Source of the DNA: an uncultured Desulfatitalea sp. | Lineage (GTDB): Bacteria; Desulfobacterota; Desulfobacteria; Desulfobacterales; Desulfosarcinaceae | Assembly (NCBI GenBank): GCA_963668675.2 | Contig: CAXXMB010000002.1 | Coordinates: 1,152,001 to 1,216,000 of the forward strand | DNA length: 64,000 nt | Reading direction: 5' to 3' | Shown: piece by piece, positions 1-10,312 of the stretch | Layout: each line of letters begins with the position of its first letter | How positions within the stretch are numbered: the first letter of the stretch is position 1 | Translations under genes and position numbers: made by a program | The notes under the pieces: generated by a model | What the model saw: only the letters and a program-made list of their open reading frames with translations | What the model was told of the DNA's origin: nothing | Databases searched by the model: none

Positions 1-118
1 AACACAATCCCAAGCGCATCGGACCGATTGCCAAGGTCTCACATGGGCAGACACTGGTGGCCGGTATCAACCGACAGCCCACGAGGAACCTTAACAGAGC
101 CCAAAGGGAGATAGCAGC

Positions 119-319
119 ATGCCGTTCGTCAATATCAAGATTACCAATGATGGGGTCACAGCCGAAAAGAAGGCCGAATTGATCAAAGGCGCGACCGATC
201 TGCTCGTGTCGGTTCTGGGAAAGAATCCCAGAACCACGGTGGTGGTGATCGAAGAGATCGATACGGACAACTGGGGAATCGGTGGCGAAACCGTCACCAC
301 CCTGCGGAAAACAACATAG
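119..319 (+). CDS. 4-oxalocrotonate tautomerase family protein
   Basis: 66 aa with Pro1 after Met; MPFVNIKI..EKKAELIKGATDLL..VLGK..TTVVVIEEI..WGIGG pattern; AGGGAG RBS. Confidence 0.9.
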   Translation: MPFVNIKITNDGVTAEKKAELIKGATDLLVSVLGKNPRTTVVVIEEIDTDNWGIGGETVTTLRKTT

Positions 320-327
320 GGATGCGA

Positions 328-357
328 CAGGCACAGCCCACAGAGGGGCTGTGCCTG
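328..357. terminator. 12-bp GC-rich hairpin between convergent genes
   Basis: caggcacagccc / gggctgtgcctg perfect inverted repeat; no clear U-tract. Confidence 0.45.
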
Positions 358-505
358 CTGATCACTTACGGGCACTGGCCGTTCAATTGACAGGGAAGTA
401 TCGGGAGAAAATTCAGTATATGCCCAAAGGATCCAGGCCAGGCTCAGAAGCAGAAACGCTTCGTATCATTCGCTTTCAGCCAGGCGTTGGATTGCGAATA
501 AGGAA

Positions 506-775
506 CTAATTGACAGCGTCTTTGAGTGCTTTGCCCGGTACGAACTTGGGGACATTGCGCGCCGGGATCTGAATCTCAGCACCACTTTGGGGATTACGGC
601 CGGTGCGGGCTTTGCGCTCGCTCACCTTAAATGTACCAAATCCTGAAATCTGGACCGAATCGCGCTTGGCAAGTGCCCCTGATATCGCTTCAAGAACACA
701 GTCAACCGCCTCCTTGGCCTGCTTCTGGGTGCCTACGATGTCAGCAACTTTACCAATTAAATCAGCTTTGTTCAT
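506..775 (-). CDS. hup: HU family DNA-binding protein
   Basis: MNKADLI..VQISGFGTFKVSERKARTGRNPQSG..IPARNVPKFVPGKALKDAV; GGAGGAG RBS. Confidence 0.95.
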   Translation of the reverse strand: MNKADLIGKVADIVGTQKQAKEAVDCVLEAISGALAKRDSVQISGFGTFKVSERKARTGRNPQSGAEIQIPARNVPKFVPGKALKDAVN

Positions 776-1086
776 GGAATCTCCTCCTCTTTTTCGTTTG
801 GATTGGGATGCTATTGTGGGCTATGGCCGTTTTCGTTTTCCGGCCGTGCCGTTTCAGGTGCACCGGGCTCTGTTCAGCAGAGTCCGTGGGTGCGTGCCAT
901 TTTCCGGCAAGATGAAGTGCGCGCTTACCAGGCGCAATGGAAAGAGTAATAACCATTCATCGCATTGGGTGAAGGGTGCTTTCATTTACCTATACTGGCA
1001 GAAATATTCAAGCCCAAATGCTTTGACAACTGCAAAAAATCCAAATAGGGGTCATATCTCTCGACACCCCAGCGAAGGCCCCGTTC

Positions 1087-1590
1087 ATGATCCGACTGCG
1101 TAACGCACTGGAATCACAATGCCACCAATGGCTCTCCCATGGCCTGCCGTCGCGCGAGCGGCTAACGCAGGCGGCTGAGGAACTCAAGCAATGGAAAGCG
1201 CAAAACGGCGTAACCGGAATCTGGTCCACCGCCCCGCTGCTGCTGACCGCAACCCTGGACGATGGCATCGGGCAGGGGATCGACCTCATACAGCTCTTCT
1301 CGGACGTGATCGGAATGAAGGTCAAACCCCTCGGGCTGCTGCAGCCGCCCGAGCAGATTGTGGCTGCCTGCCTTAACGAGCAACCCGCCTTCCTGGGACT
1401 CACCGTACTCCAAATGGACAGTGAAGCGGATCTATCCTATATCGGAGAGCGAATACCTCCTCAGACGCGCATAGTCGCCGGGGGGCCTGCCTTTCGATAC
1501 GACCCCGAGATGGCGGAACGCTGTGGTGTGCACTATGTCGCCGCCAACGTGGCCGATTACATGAACTTCCTATTGAATTTGAATATTTAG
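1087..1590 (+). CDS. stand-alone cobalamin-binding-domain-like protein lacking the DxHxxG His
   Basis: ATLDDGIGQG..LG..PPEQIVAA..LGLTVL..IVAGG..AERCGVH Rossmann pattern of B12-binding domains. Confidence 0.65.
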   Translation: MIRLRNALESQCHQWLSHGLPSRERLTQAAEELKQWKAQNGVTGIWSTAPLLLTATLDDGIGQGIDLIQLFSDVIGMKVKPLGLLQPPEQIVAACLNEQPAFLGLTVLQMDSEADLSYIGERIPPQTRIVAGGPAFRYDPEMAERCGVHYVAANVADYMNFLLNLNI

Positions 1591-1745
1591 CCCAATGCTG
1601 GTATCGTTAGAGACCAACATGGGCACCAGGTGAATCAAACAGATGCGTATGGCCACACCAGAGAATCGACTGCTTTTCCGGACCAGTTGCGCCAAAGGCC
1701 AATAAGTATCGCGCGGTAGCGTCAAACGAGAGTTTGGAAGCTGAG

Positions 1746-3629
1746 ATGGATAAGCAAGCCTCTCCCCCCTCGCTCTTCGGCAAGGCCGTATTAAACGGCA
1801 GGCAACGCATAGAGATCGAACTGATCCAGTTGATGTTCGGTCAATCCGGTATAGGCATTGCGGCGACCGCGGTCAACGGTGTGATAGTCGCCTATATCAT
1901 GCGGCATCAATTTGAGCGTGGTATCGTCATTGGCTGGCTGGTCGCTATTATGACCGTCACCATCATCCGCCTCTCTCTCTTCATCTCTTTTCAGCGAAGG
2001 GAGAGAATCGATGCCAAAGTGCTCGTTTGGGGCCGCTGGAACATCGCCACCCTATCTCTTTCAGGGGTTTTGTGGGGCATCACGCCCTGGATGCTCTTCC
2101 CCCCCGAATCCGTTGCCCACCAGTTCTTCCTAGTCGTCGTATTGTGCGGCATGGTAGCCGGTGCAAGCATCGCATTTGCCATATTGAACAAGGCCTTCCT
2201 GGCCTTTTCCGTTCCTACCATGCTGCCGCTCTTTGTGCGGTTGATCATCATACCCGATGAGTTGCACCTCCTGATGGCCGCCATGAGTCTGTTCTCCTGG
2301 AGCCTCTGCTATATGATTGCCCGTAATCTGAGACGAACGCGGATGCAACTGCTGAGACTCAAAGAAGACCTATCCGACCGGGTGGCCGAACGGACAGCCG
2401 ACTTGGAGCGGGCCAACGCCCGCCTGAGGGCTGAAAACGAACATCGCGTGCGCATGGAAAAGGCGTTGCGTAAAGAGCACGATCTTCTCGAGGAATCGAA
2501 AAAATTTCAGGCTGTTGCCACCTTGGCGGGTGGCATGGCGCATCAATTCAATAACGCATTGTCCGTCATCATGGGCAATGCAGAGCTGCTACAGCACGAT
2601 CACGGTCACAAAACCGACATCAACCGAAACCTCGTGCCGGTCTTGCGTGCCGCGAAAAGAATGTCCGACCTGACCGATCAACTGCTGGCCTACGCCAAAG
2701 GCGGCAAATACAAAGCCAAACCACACGATCTGAAAGCCTTTCTCAGCGACACGGTGGCGATCCTGGAGCACACCCTGCCTTCCGGGGTGAAGGTCGTCAC
2801 GGAGTTGGATGAACAACCGGCCTTTGCAAAGATTGACACCACCCAGATGCAGATGGCCATCACGGCGATTGTGGCCAACTCGGTAGAGGCCCTGCCATCC
2901 GGCGGCCGGATTCGAGTCCGTTGCAGCCGGCAGCAGATCGGACCCTCTGATGGGGGCCAATATGGACCGTTACCGCCAGGGGATTACCTGGTGTTGACCG
3001 TCGCCGATGATGGCGCCGGCATGACCCGGGAGACACTGACCCGTATTTTCGAACCCTTTTTCACCACCAAATTTCAGGGGCGCGGATTGGGGATGGCGGC
3101 TGTCTATGGCATCATCGAAAACCATGGCGGATCGGTTTCGGTCACCTCCCAATCCGGTCAAGGGACAAAGGTGAGCATCTATCTACCCGAAGCAGCCCCG
3201 CCGGAAGCACCCCGGCCAGAAGGATCGCCTTCAACGGCCAAGAGCCATGCAACCGTACTGTTGGTCGAAGATGAAGAGATGGTCATAGAGATCAATGAAG
3301 CCATTTTGGAGCGCCTGGGTTATGCGGTGCTCTGTGCACGCAACGGCAGGGAGGCCGAAAAGATTCTGATCGCCAAAGAACCCACGATCGATTTAATTCT
3401 GTTGGATATAAAACTGCCCGACATGGATGGTTCCGCCATCTACCCCATTGCAAAACAGCATCGGCCCAACGCTAAAATAGTCATCTGCAGCGGCTATGCC
3501 CTCGACGGCCCCACCCAGGCCTTGATGGACCAGGGTGCCGACGGTTTCATCCACAAACCGTTCTCCATCAGCGTCATCTCAGACACTATCGATCGACTGC
3601 TCTTCGGCACCGAGTCCCCTGAAGCATAA
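1746..3629 (+). CDS. membrane-bound hybrid sensor histidine kinase / response regulator
   Basis: N-terminal TM bundle; H-box AGGMAHQFNN; N/G boxes DDGAGM, FEPFFTTK, GRGLGM; C-terminal receiver LLVEDE..LLDIKLPDMDG..KPF. Confidence 0.95.
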   Translation: MDKQASPPSLFGKAVLNGRQRIEIELIQLMFGQSGIGIAATAVNGVIVAYIMRHQFERGIVIGWLVAIMTVTIIRLSLFISFQRRERIDAKVLVWGRWNIATLSLSGVLWGITPWMLFPPESVAHQFFLVVVLCGMVAGASIAFAILNKAFLAFSVPTMLPLFVRLIIIPDELHLLMAAMSLFSWSLCYMIARNLRRTRMQLLRLKEDLSDRVAERTADLERANARLRAENEHRVRMEKALRKEHDLLEESKKFQAVATLAGGMAHQFNNALSVIMGNAELLQHDHGHKTDINRNLVPVLRAAKRMSDLTDQLLAYAKGGKYKAKPHDLKAFLSDTVAILEHTLPSGVKVVTELDEQPAFAKIDTTQMQMAITAIVANSVEALPSGGRIRVRCSRQQIGPSDGGQYGPLPPGDYLVLTVADDGAGMTRETLTRIFEPFFTTKFQGRGLGMAAVYGIIENHGGSVSVTSQSGQGTKVSIYLPEAAPPEAPRPEGSPSTAKSHATVLLVEDEEMVIEINEAILERLGYAVLCARNGREAEKILIAKEPTIDLILLDIKLPDMDGSAIYPIAKQHRPNAKIVICSGYALDGPTQALMDQGADGFIHKPFSISVISDTIDRLLFGTESPEA

Positions 3630-3653
3630 GACCTGGATCAAAATAAGCCGTTC

Positions 3654-4655
3654 TCAGACGATCTCCTTGAAGTACATGGCCACACCCGGCGAAGCGGCCT
3701 GACGCAGCCGGTACTCCGGGCGATGGCAACGTTCGAATCCCAGCGTCTGGTAGAGCTTCTCCAGATTGGGATTGTTGGTCAAAGAGATAAACCGTGTCAC
3801 CCCCTTCTGGTGTAACGCTTCGACAAAGGCCTGCACGGTGAACACCCCCACCCTCTGGTTGCGGAATCGGGTGGAGATTGCAAGGGCGGCGATCTCTACG
3901 GTGTGTGTATCGATCTGCTTCTTCTCAGCGCAGCCCACGACGATGTCGTCTATGGTGGTCACGTAGAAGTTGTCCCTCTGTTCGACCAGGTACGCCTTGG
4001 TCCTCGGTTTCAGATACCCTTCGCTCTTATAGAGCTTGAGGATGCCGTCGATGAGACGCACCTCATCTTCCGTGGCCACCGGCTGGAACCGCTCGATAAA
4101 GTTATTGGCGATGAGCGTCCCCACCCCTTCGATGGTGAAAAGTTCGTGCTTGATGGCATTCTTGCCGGCCGGGAGAATAAAGACGCGTTCATAATGGCCG
4201 CTGTCGATTCGAACACAGATGCGCTCCAGAACACCTTTGAAATTGGTGTTGGCAATCAAATCCCCCCAGGTCGTGATACTCCGGCGCACTCCCTGGGTCG
4301 TAAGCGCGGAGATCTTGTTGCCCTCATGGTCGACCAGGGCCTTTCGCTCCAAAAAAATCAGCTTGTGCACATTCTCTTCGTGATCGAGGACGTAGGTATA
4401 AAAATCGACGTCCGAAGGGACCCTGACGATGCGGGTCTCTGGAAGACGGCCTTCCAGAAGCCGGAAGTACTTCTGATTGGCAAAACGGTTAGCGATATTG
4501 TGATAGAGCGCGGTGCGTATATTGTTGCGGCTCAGCAGCTTGAGATCGGAAATCACGGCGTTGAGATTGTCGCGCAGTATCCCCTCCCTGCAGGCGATGC
4601 AGACGGTTTTTCCTTCCAAGGCGCGGGTGTACTCTTCGATATATAGCCGTGGCAT
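3654..4655 (-). CDS. ArgA-like amino-acid N-acetyltransferase (shortened AAK domain + GNAT)
   Basis: GKTVCI..VISDLKLL, HELFTIEGVGTLI, GYLKPR, IVVGCA, EIAALAI..RNQRVG, LGF motifs; start taken at MPRLY. Confidence 0.7.
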   Translation of the reverse strand: MPRLYIEEYTRALEGKTVCIACREGILRDNLNAVISDLKLLSRNNIRTALYHNIANRFANQKYFRLLEGRLPETRIVRVPSDVDFYTYVLDHEENVHKLIFLERKALVDHEGNKISALTTQGVRRSITTWGDLIANTNFKGVLERICVRIDSGHYERVFILPAGKNAIKHELFTIEGVGTLIANNFIERFQPVATEDEVRLIDGILKLYKSEGYLKPRTKAYLVEQRDNFYVTTIDDIVVGCAEKKQIDTHTVEIAALAISTRFRNQRVGVFTVQAFVEALHQKGVTRFISLTNNPNLEKLYQTLGFERCHRPEYRLRQAASPGVAMYFKEIV

Positions 4656-4978
4656 TTTTTCTGCCGCACTCCTCCGTGGCGTTCCTAACTCGCGGCCCTC
4701 GCCGCACAACCAAATATTTCAGACTATCATAAAAGAAATTTAAATCGCAAGCTTAGGACATACAGAAGAAGGAATTGGGAACATCGGCGGCTGACTGGGG
4801 AAAGGGGTATTGACCCGTTTGAATTGGATGCGTAAAATATGCGTTCGGATATAGATTCGATTTTCAGGGAAGCACCATGCCACTTCTGCAGGCAGGGGTG
4901 AAACGGATTCGATTCGGACGTTTTCTGCCTGATCACTTGCCAAACGCTAAAAGCCATACAAGAGGAGAATGAACCATC

Positions 4979-6649
4979 ATGGCCAACCCACCACGCATTT
5001 TAATTGTGGGCGGTGTCGCCGGAGGCGCTTCATGTGCCGCCCGCGCCCGCCGCCTCTCCGAGGCCGCCGATATCGTTATGTTCGATCGGGGCCCCTATGT
5101 CTCTTTCGCCAACTGCGGCCTTCCCTACTATGTGGGCAATGTTATCCGCAAAGAAGAGGATCTTATGGTGGCCACACCGCAGCTTTTTCGGCAGCGGTTC
5201 AACATCGACGTGCGCCTGAGATCCAATGTGGTCTCTATCGATCGCGTCAATCGGCGCATCGAAGTGACCGACCTGGAGCGTGGCACCACCTATGGCGAAA
5301 ACTATGACTATCTGGTGCTTTCCCCGGGCGCGCGCCCCATCCGCCCTAACCTTCCGGGCATCGACCTGCCGGGTATCTTCTCCCTGCGCACCATCCCCGA
5401 CAGCCGTCAGATCGTCCAGTGGATCGATCAATTCAAAGCCACCCAGGCCGTTGTCGTCGGCGGCGGCTACATCGGCATGGAGATGACCGAAAACCTGCAC
5501 GCCCGCGGCCTCAAGGTCACCGTGGTTGAGCGGCTATCCCAGGTGATGCCCCTGCTCGACCAGGAGATGGTCGCCCCGATCCACGACACGCTGGTCAAAC
5601 ACGGCATCTCCCTCTATCTCAACGATGGTGTGGCCCAGTTTGAAAAAGGCAACGGGCACCGCATCAAGCTGACGCTGCAAAGCGGAAACCAGATCGATAC
5701 CGACCTGGTGATCCTTTGCATCGGCGTTCGCCCGCACACCACGCTAGCCGAGACGGCCGGGCTGGAAATCGGAAACGGCGGCGGCATCCGGGTTGACAAA
5801 CAGATGCGCACCAGCGATCCCCACATCTGGGCGGTCGGCGACGCGGTTGAGGTCAATGATGTGATCACAGGCCAGACCGGCGTGGTACCGCTGGCGGGCC
5901 CGGCCAATCGCCAGGGGCGCATCGCCGCTGATGCCATCATGGGCCGCGACAGCACCTTCCGGGGTGTTCAGGGCACATCGGTGGTCGGCATTCTCGACCA
6001 TGTGGTGGCCTTTACCGGGGCAAGCGAAAAGGCCCTCAAGCAACTCGATATGTGGGACCAGATGGAGAAGATCTACCTCCATCCCGGGCACCATGCCGGC
6101 TACTATCCGGGTGCCGAACCCATCAGCCTTAAATTCATCTTCAGAAAAGACGACGGCCGCATTGTGGGCGCCCAGGCGGTGGGGCAGAAGGGCGTTGAAA
6201 AACGAATCGATGTGATCGCAATGGGCATTCAAAAAGGAGCCACGGTGTTCGACCTGGAAGAGGCTGAACTGTGTTACGCCCCCCAATTCGGATCTGCCAA
6301 GGACCCGGTGAACATGGCCGGCATGATTGCCGCCAATGTCCTCAGGGGCGATGCCCACCTCTCCCACTGGGAAATGGTAGAAGAGAGCGACGCGATGATG
6401 ATCGATGTGCGCGATCCCGACGAATATAAACAGGATCACCTCGATGAGGCGGTCAACATCCCGCTGGATGAACTGCGCCAGCGCATGTCCGAGATTCCCA
6501 AGGATCGTGAAATCTGGGCCTACTGCTTTGTGGGCCAACGCTCCTACTTTGCGGCCCGGGCACTGTCGCAATACGGCTACAATGTCAAGAATATCAGCGG
6601 GGGGTTTAAAACCTTCACCATGCACGAAACAGTGAAATTTCTCTCCTGA
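4979..6649 (+). CDS. CoA-disulfide/persulfide reductase with C-terminal rhodanese domain (CoADR-RHD/Npsr type)
   Basis: GGVAGG, SFANCGLPYY, GGGYIG, IWAVGDA, LCYAPQF..KDPVN, rhodanese DVR..YCFVGQRS. Confidence 0.92.
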   Translation: MANPPRILIVGGVAGGASCAARARRLSEAADIVMFDRGPYVSFANCGLPYYVGNVIRKEEDLMVATPQLFRQRFNIDVRLRSNVVSIDRVNRRIEVTDLERGTTYGENYDYLVLSPGARPIRPNLPGIDLPGIFSLRTIPDSRQIVQWIDQFKATQAVVVGGGYIGMEMTENLHARGLKVTVVERLSQVMPLLDQEMVAPIHDTLVKHGISLYLNDGVAQFEKGNGHRIKLTLQSGNQIDTDLVILCIGVRPHTTLAETAGLEIGNGGGIRVDKQMRTSDPHIWAVGDAVEVNDVITGQTGVVPLAGPANRQGRIAADAIMGRDSTFRGVQGTSVVGILDHVVAFTGASEKALKQLDMWDQMEKIYLHPGHHAGYYPGAEPISLKFIFRKDDGRIVGAQAVGQKGVEKRIDVIAMGIQKGATVFDLEEAELCYAPQFGSAKDPVNMAGMIAANVLRGDAHLSHWEMVEESDAMMIDVRDPDEYKQDHLDEAVNIPLDELRQRMSEIPKDREIWAYCFVGQRSYFAARALSQYGYNVKNISGGFKTFTMHETVKFLS

Positions 6650-6732
6650 AACGGCTTGAGTGGAAGTATAAAAGTGATACAGACCACCAATTGCGTATAC
6701 AGCGCATCAACCTCATCAGCAAAGGAGACGCC

Positions 6733-7800
6733 ATGGCCAAGGTGATGATCCATCCGGCATCGTATGACAATCTCCAGGCCGCTGTCGAACGGGCCTTCAC
6801 CCTCTTCCCGTTGGAACTCAGCGGGAAAAAGGTGTTGCTCAAACCCAATGTCCTCAGGGGTTCAGCGGCCGACGAAGGAGTGGTGACCCACCCGGCCGTG
6901 CTGCGGGCAGTGGTGGAGAAGGTGGAATCCATGGCACCTGCGGCCATCGTCGTCGGCGACAACCCGGGCCTGTTCGGCTATGGCGACAACGAGGCGTGCT
7001 TTAAGCAAACCGGCCTGATGGAGGCAGCCAAGGGCCACTACCAAAACATCGGCAACGACTCCCAAAGGGTGGCCTTCAACCCGGACTTCATGCCCAATGT
7101 GAGCATCTCCCAGGCGGTTCTGGAAGCCGACATCGTCATCAGCCTGCCCAAATTCAAAACCCACGGGTTGACCCTGATCACCGGCGCCATCAAGAACAGC
7201 TACGGCTTGTTGCCAGGGGCCCAGAAGGCCAAGCTGCACGAGGCGGCTGGCAATCCCCAACGCTTTCAAGAAGTGGTGGTCGAGGTCTTCCGGCTGCGCG
7301 TGCCTGACCTCTTCATCATGGATGCAGTGGTCGGCATGGAGGGCAATGGCCCGGCATCACCGGATCTGAGAGATATCGGCGTTATCCTGGCAGCCGACAA
7401 CGCGGTAGCCATGGATGCCGTGATGGCCCACATGATGGGGTGCGATCCTGAAGCGCTTCCCTTCCTTCAAAAGGCCAAAGCGTTGGGGTTGGGCGATCAT
7501 GACCTCGGCCGGATCGAGGTGGATGGTGAATTGAAGCAGGTGCCCGATTTCAAGTTGCCTCCATTGATCGCCGCCGAGCGCCCCACCAACGAGGCCATCC
7601 GGGCTATGCTCAACAGCAAGGCGATCCTGCGCCCCAAGGCAGATCCGGAGCTGTGCACGGGTTGCGGCACCTGTGTCGATCAATGTCCGGTCGAAGCCCT
7701 CGCCATGAACGACGATATGCCCGAAGTCGATCCGGAAGTGTGCATCGCCTGTTTCTGCTGTCAGGAGATCTGCCCGGAGAAGGCGATCGCGCTTCAGTAA
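6733..7800 (+). CDS. DUF362 domain protein with C-terminal 2x[4Fe-4S] ferredoxin
   Basis: VLLKPN, THP, LPKFKTH, GAIKN, GMEGNGP; CTGCGTCVDQCP and CIACFCCQEICP; AAGGAG RBS. Confidence 0.9.
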   Translation: MAKVMIHPASYDNLQAAVERAFTLFPLELSGKKVLLKPNVLRGSAADEGVVTHPAVLRAVVEKVESMAPAAIVVGDNPGLFGYGDNEACFKQTGLMEAAKGHYQNIGNDSQRVAFNPDFMPNVSISQAVLEADIVISLPKFKTHGLTLITGAIKNSYGLLPGAQKAKLHEAAGNPQRFQEVVVEVFRLRVPDLFIMDAVVGMEGNGPASPDLRDIGVILAADNAVAMDAVMAHMMGCDPEALPFLQKAKALGLGDHDLGRIEVDGELKQVPDFKLPPLIAAERPTNEAIRAMLNSKAILRPKADPELCTGCGTCVDQCPVEALAMNDDMPEVDPEVCIACFCCQEICPEKAIALQ

Positions 7801-7835
7801 ATCTTAGGATTCAGAGAACAACTAGAGCGGTTGAC

Positions 7836-9410
7836 TCACCGTGCGGTTCTGAGCAGCCGGGCGGTCACCTTGCCCCATACGGCACGGGCCTCATCGAGCT
7901 TGAAGATCCAGGTGGCCGCGCTCATCAGAAGTAAAAACAACACGCTCTGGATCAGAATCACGCTAATGCTTCCGGCCATTGAGGCGGTGTCCAGCCACTG
8001 CCCCAGAAGACGCTGGGCCAACAGGAGGCCGCCCGCCACCGGCAGGGAGATGATCAAGCACTTGGCATAGAAGCCGTAGACAGCGCGGCTGCCTGCATTA
8101 CTGCTCTTTCGGTTCCAGATGGCGAACAGCACCACCACCTGAATCAAAACCGAGCAGGAGATGGCCATTCCGATCCCTAAAACACCCCAGTAGGTGAGAC
8201 CGACCCAGTATAACGGCAGACTGAACAGAACGGCCGCAGTGCCGTAAACGGCCGGCAACAGCGTGTTTTGCATCGCATAGAACCCCCGGTTGACCACTGT
8301 CTGGGCCGCAAACCCCACGGCCCCCACCAGCATGCCGCTGAGCGCCAATGCAGTGGCGCGTGTATCCGCCGAAGTAAACGGCCCTCGTTCGAAAAGCACC
8401 CGAACGACCTCATGGCGTACGACAAAAACGAGAAAGGATACGGGAATGACAAGGGCCAGATAGCGCAGGGCGGTGTTAAACAGGCGGTTCATCTCTGCCA
8501 ACGCTCCCTCGGCGGCCATCTTCGCCAGAAAAGGAAATGCCGCAACGCCCACCGCCTGTCCAAAAAATCCTACCATGGCCTGAATCAATCTCCAGGCAAA
8601 ATCGATCTGGGTTATCGCCCCTGCGTCGAGAAAACTGCCAAACAGTTTGGAGAAGATCTCCGTGGAAAAATTCATGGTCAGCCCCAGCATCAAGGGCAGG
8701 GTCAATGCGATGTAACGCAACAGATCCGGATGGCGCCAATTGAAACTGAAGCGAAATCGAAATCCCGCCCTGCGCGCACCGGCCCATTGGATCAAAAAGC
8801 TTCCCACACCGGCTCCGAGAAGGGCGCCCCAGGCAAACCCTTCGACCCCCATACGGGAGGCAAGGGCGACGCCACACAAAATGATCCCCAGGTTGTAAAA
8901 GAGGCCCGACATGGCCGGCAGCAAAAAGCGCTCTTTGGCGAACTGCACCGCCATGAACATGCCGCCTGCAAAGAAAAAGAGCTGTGCCGGCAAAATGATG
9001 CGCGTCATGCGCACCGCCATCTTCATAAAGAGGGGGTCGGTTCGCCCCGGTGCCAGCCAGGTCATCAGTTGGGGCGCCGCCACCATGGATATGGCGATGA
9101 GTATGGCCAGGAGCACGCCGAGGACCGAAAGAAGCACCGAACATATCTGCCATCCGCCCTCCTCGTCGTCAGCCGCCATATATCGTGCGAAAATGGGGAT
9201 GAACGTGACCGAAAAGAATCCGCTGGCCAAGATATGGTTGAGGATCTCGGGCAGGATAAAGGCGACCTTGTAAGCGTCCGTGGCGGCATTGGCCCCGATC
9301 AGCCCAGAGAGGATCGACTCGCGCAACATGCCCAGAAGGCGGCTCAAAAAAATAGAAGCCATCATGATGAGCGCCGCCACACCTACTTTTCGATGAACAC
9401 TGTGCCCCAT
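7836..9410 (-). CDS. murJ: lipid II flippase MurJ (MviN)
   Basis: SRLLGMLRE..GA..TDAYKVAFILP..FIP.F; multi-TM; LFERGPFTSADT; FYAMQNT..P. Confidence 0.92.
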   Translation of the reverse strand: MGHSVHRKVGVAALIMMASIFLSRLLGMLRESILSGLIGANAATDAYKVAFILPEILNHILASGFFSVTFIPIFARYMAADDEEGGWQICSVLLSVLGVLLAILIAISMVAAPQLMTWLAPGRTDPLFMKMAVRMTRIILPAQLFFFAGGMFMAVQFAKERFLLPAMSGLFYNLGIILCGVALASRMGVEGFAWGALLGAGVGSFLIQWAGARRAGFRFRFSFNWRHPDLLRYIALTLPLMLGLTMNFSTEIFSKLFGSFLDAGAITQIDFAWRLIQAMVGFFGQAVGVAAFPFLAKMAAEGALAEMNRLFNTALRYLALVIPVSFLVFVVRHEVVRVLFERGPFTSADTRATALALSGMLVGAVGFAAQTVVNRGFYAMQNTLLPAVYGTAAVLFSLPLYWVGLTYWGVLGIGMAISCSVLIQVVVLFAIWNRKSSNAGSRAVYGFYAKCLIISLPVAGGLLLAQRLLGQWLDTASMAGSISVILIQSVLFLLLMSAATWIFKLDEARAVWGKVTARLLRTAR

Positions 9411-9821
9411 GAAGATTCCCAGCAAATGGATTTGATGCGCATATTGCCCGAACAGGCCGGTCGAGGCAAGATTTTTCAATCGGCCACCTCAAGCCATCGG
9501 CCGAACGCCAAACATCAGGTTGACAGGCAAAACCAAAAGTGATCTACTTTATGAATCTATTTGCGGTGCACGATTCTATCACATTCGAATGACAACCATC
9601 GGATATCTTAATATCAGAAGAGACAACCTGAGCACTTATGGCATTGGTCCCCGCCACAAGAATCAATGATCCAACACCGCCGATAGGATTTTCCAAGTTC
9701 AAATTGTCAGTTCTCAATGCGATGCTGACGGCACCGGTCACGTCTAATGCAAGGGATAACTGACGCCACAGCATGGCATGGTTCTATCAAAACATCCAAC
9801 CACAACCAAAAGGAGGCGCCC

Positions 9822-10034
9822 ATGTCCGAAAGCGTTTACAAAGTCATTGAACTGGTAGGCACCAGCCCGAAATCCTGGGAGGAAGCCGCACGCCTGGCAA
9901 TCGAAACCGCCGGCAGAAGCGTGAGAGACCTTCGCATTGCCGAAGTGAGCAAGCTGGATATGAAGGTGGAGGACGGCCGGGTGACCGCCTACCGTGCGAG
10001 GGTCAAACTCTCCTTCAAGTACACCAACGAATAG
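9822..10034 (+). CDS. dodecin family protein
   Basis: VYKVIELVGTSPKSWEEAA..A..SVRDLR.AEV..YRARVKLSFK; AGGAGG RBS. Confidence 0.92.
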   Translation: MSESVYKVIELVGTSPKSWEEAARLAIETAGRSVRDLRIAEVSKLDMKVEDGRVTAYRARVKLSFKYTNE

Positions 10035-10077
10035 GATCCAAGGGGCCGCGCAGGCCCGAAGGTACACCTATCCTGAA

Positions 10078-10107
10078 AAAGGGCAGCCTGGAAACGGGCT
10101 GCCCTTT
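10078..10107. terminator. intrinsic terminator (possibly bidirectional)
   Basis: aaagggcagcc-tggaaacg-ggctgcccttt after the dodecin gene. Confidence 0.75.
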
Positions 10108-10312
10108 ACTCTCCAATCCAAGTGCAAGCCACCGCCGCAAATCAAACCCTGCCATACTTGACAATGCCGAGCGGGCCGTGAAATAGTGCCGTCTGTCTTC
10201 TCGTTCTTTCGATCTACAGGTCCACCCGGCACGGCACCGAGATGCTTCAGGAAAAGCCCCTTAGAGACCGTCGGCGTGAACCCTTAATCCCACACACCAC
10301 TGGAGGTTTGGC

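Noticed and set aside
4868..4882. Near-sigma54 site TGGCATGGTGCTTCC (also TGGCATGGTTCTATC near 9774)
   Set aside because: The -12 GC is not conserved
4895..4912. GGGGTGAAACGGATTCGA resembles a tmRNA 5' end
   Set aside because: Under 70 nt remain before the next CDS, and I found no tag ORF or 3' acceptor arm
9544..9774. 76-aa minus-strand ORF in the murJ-dodecin intergenic region
   Set aside because: No homology cue or RBS; likely promoter DNA
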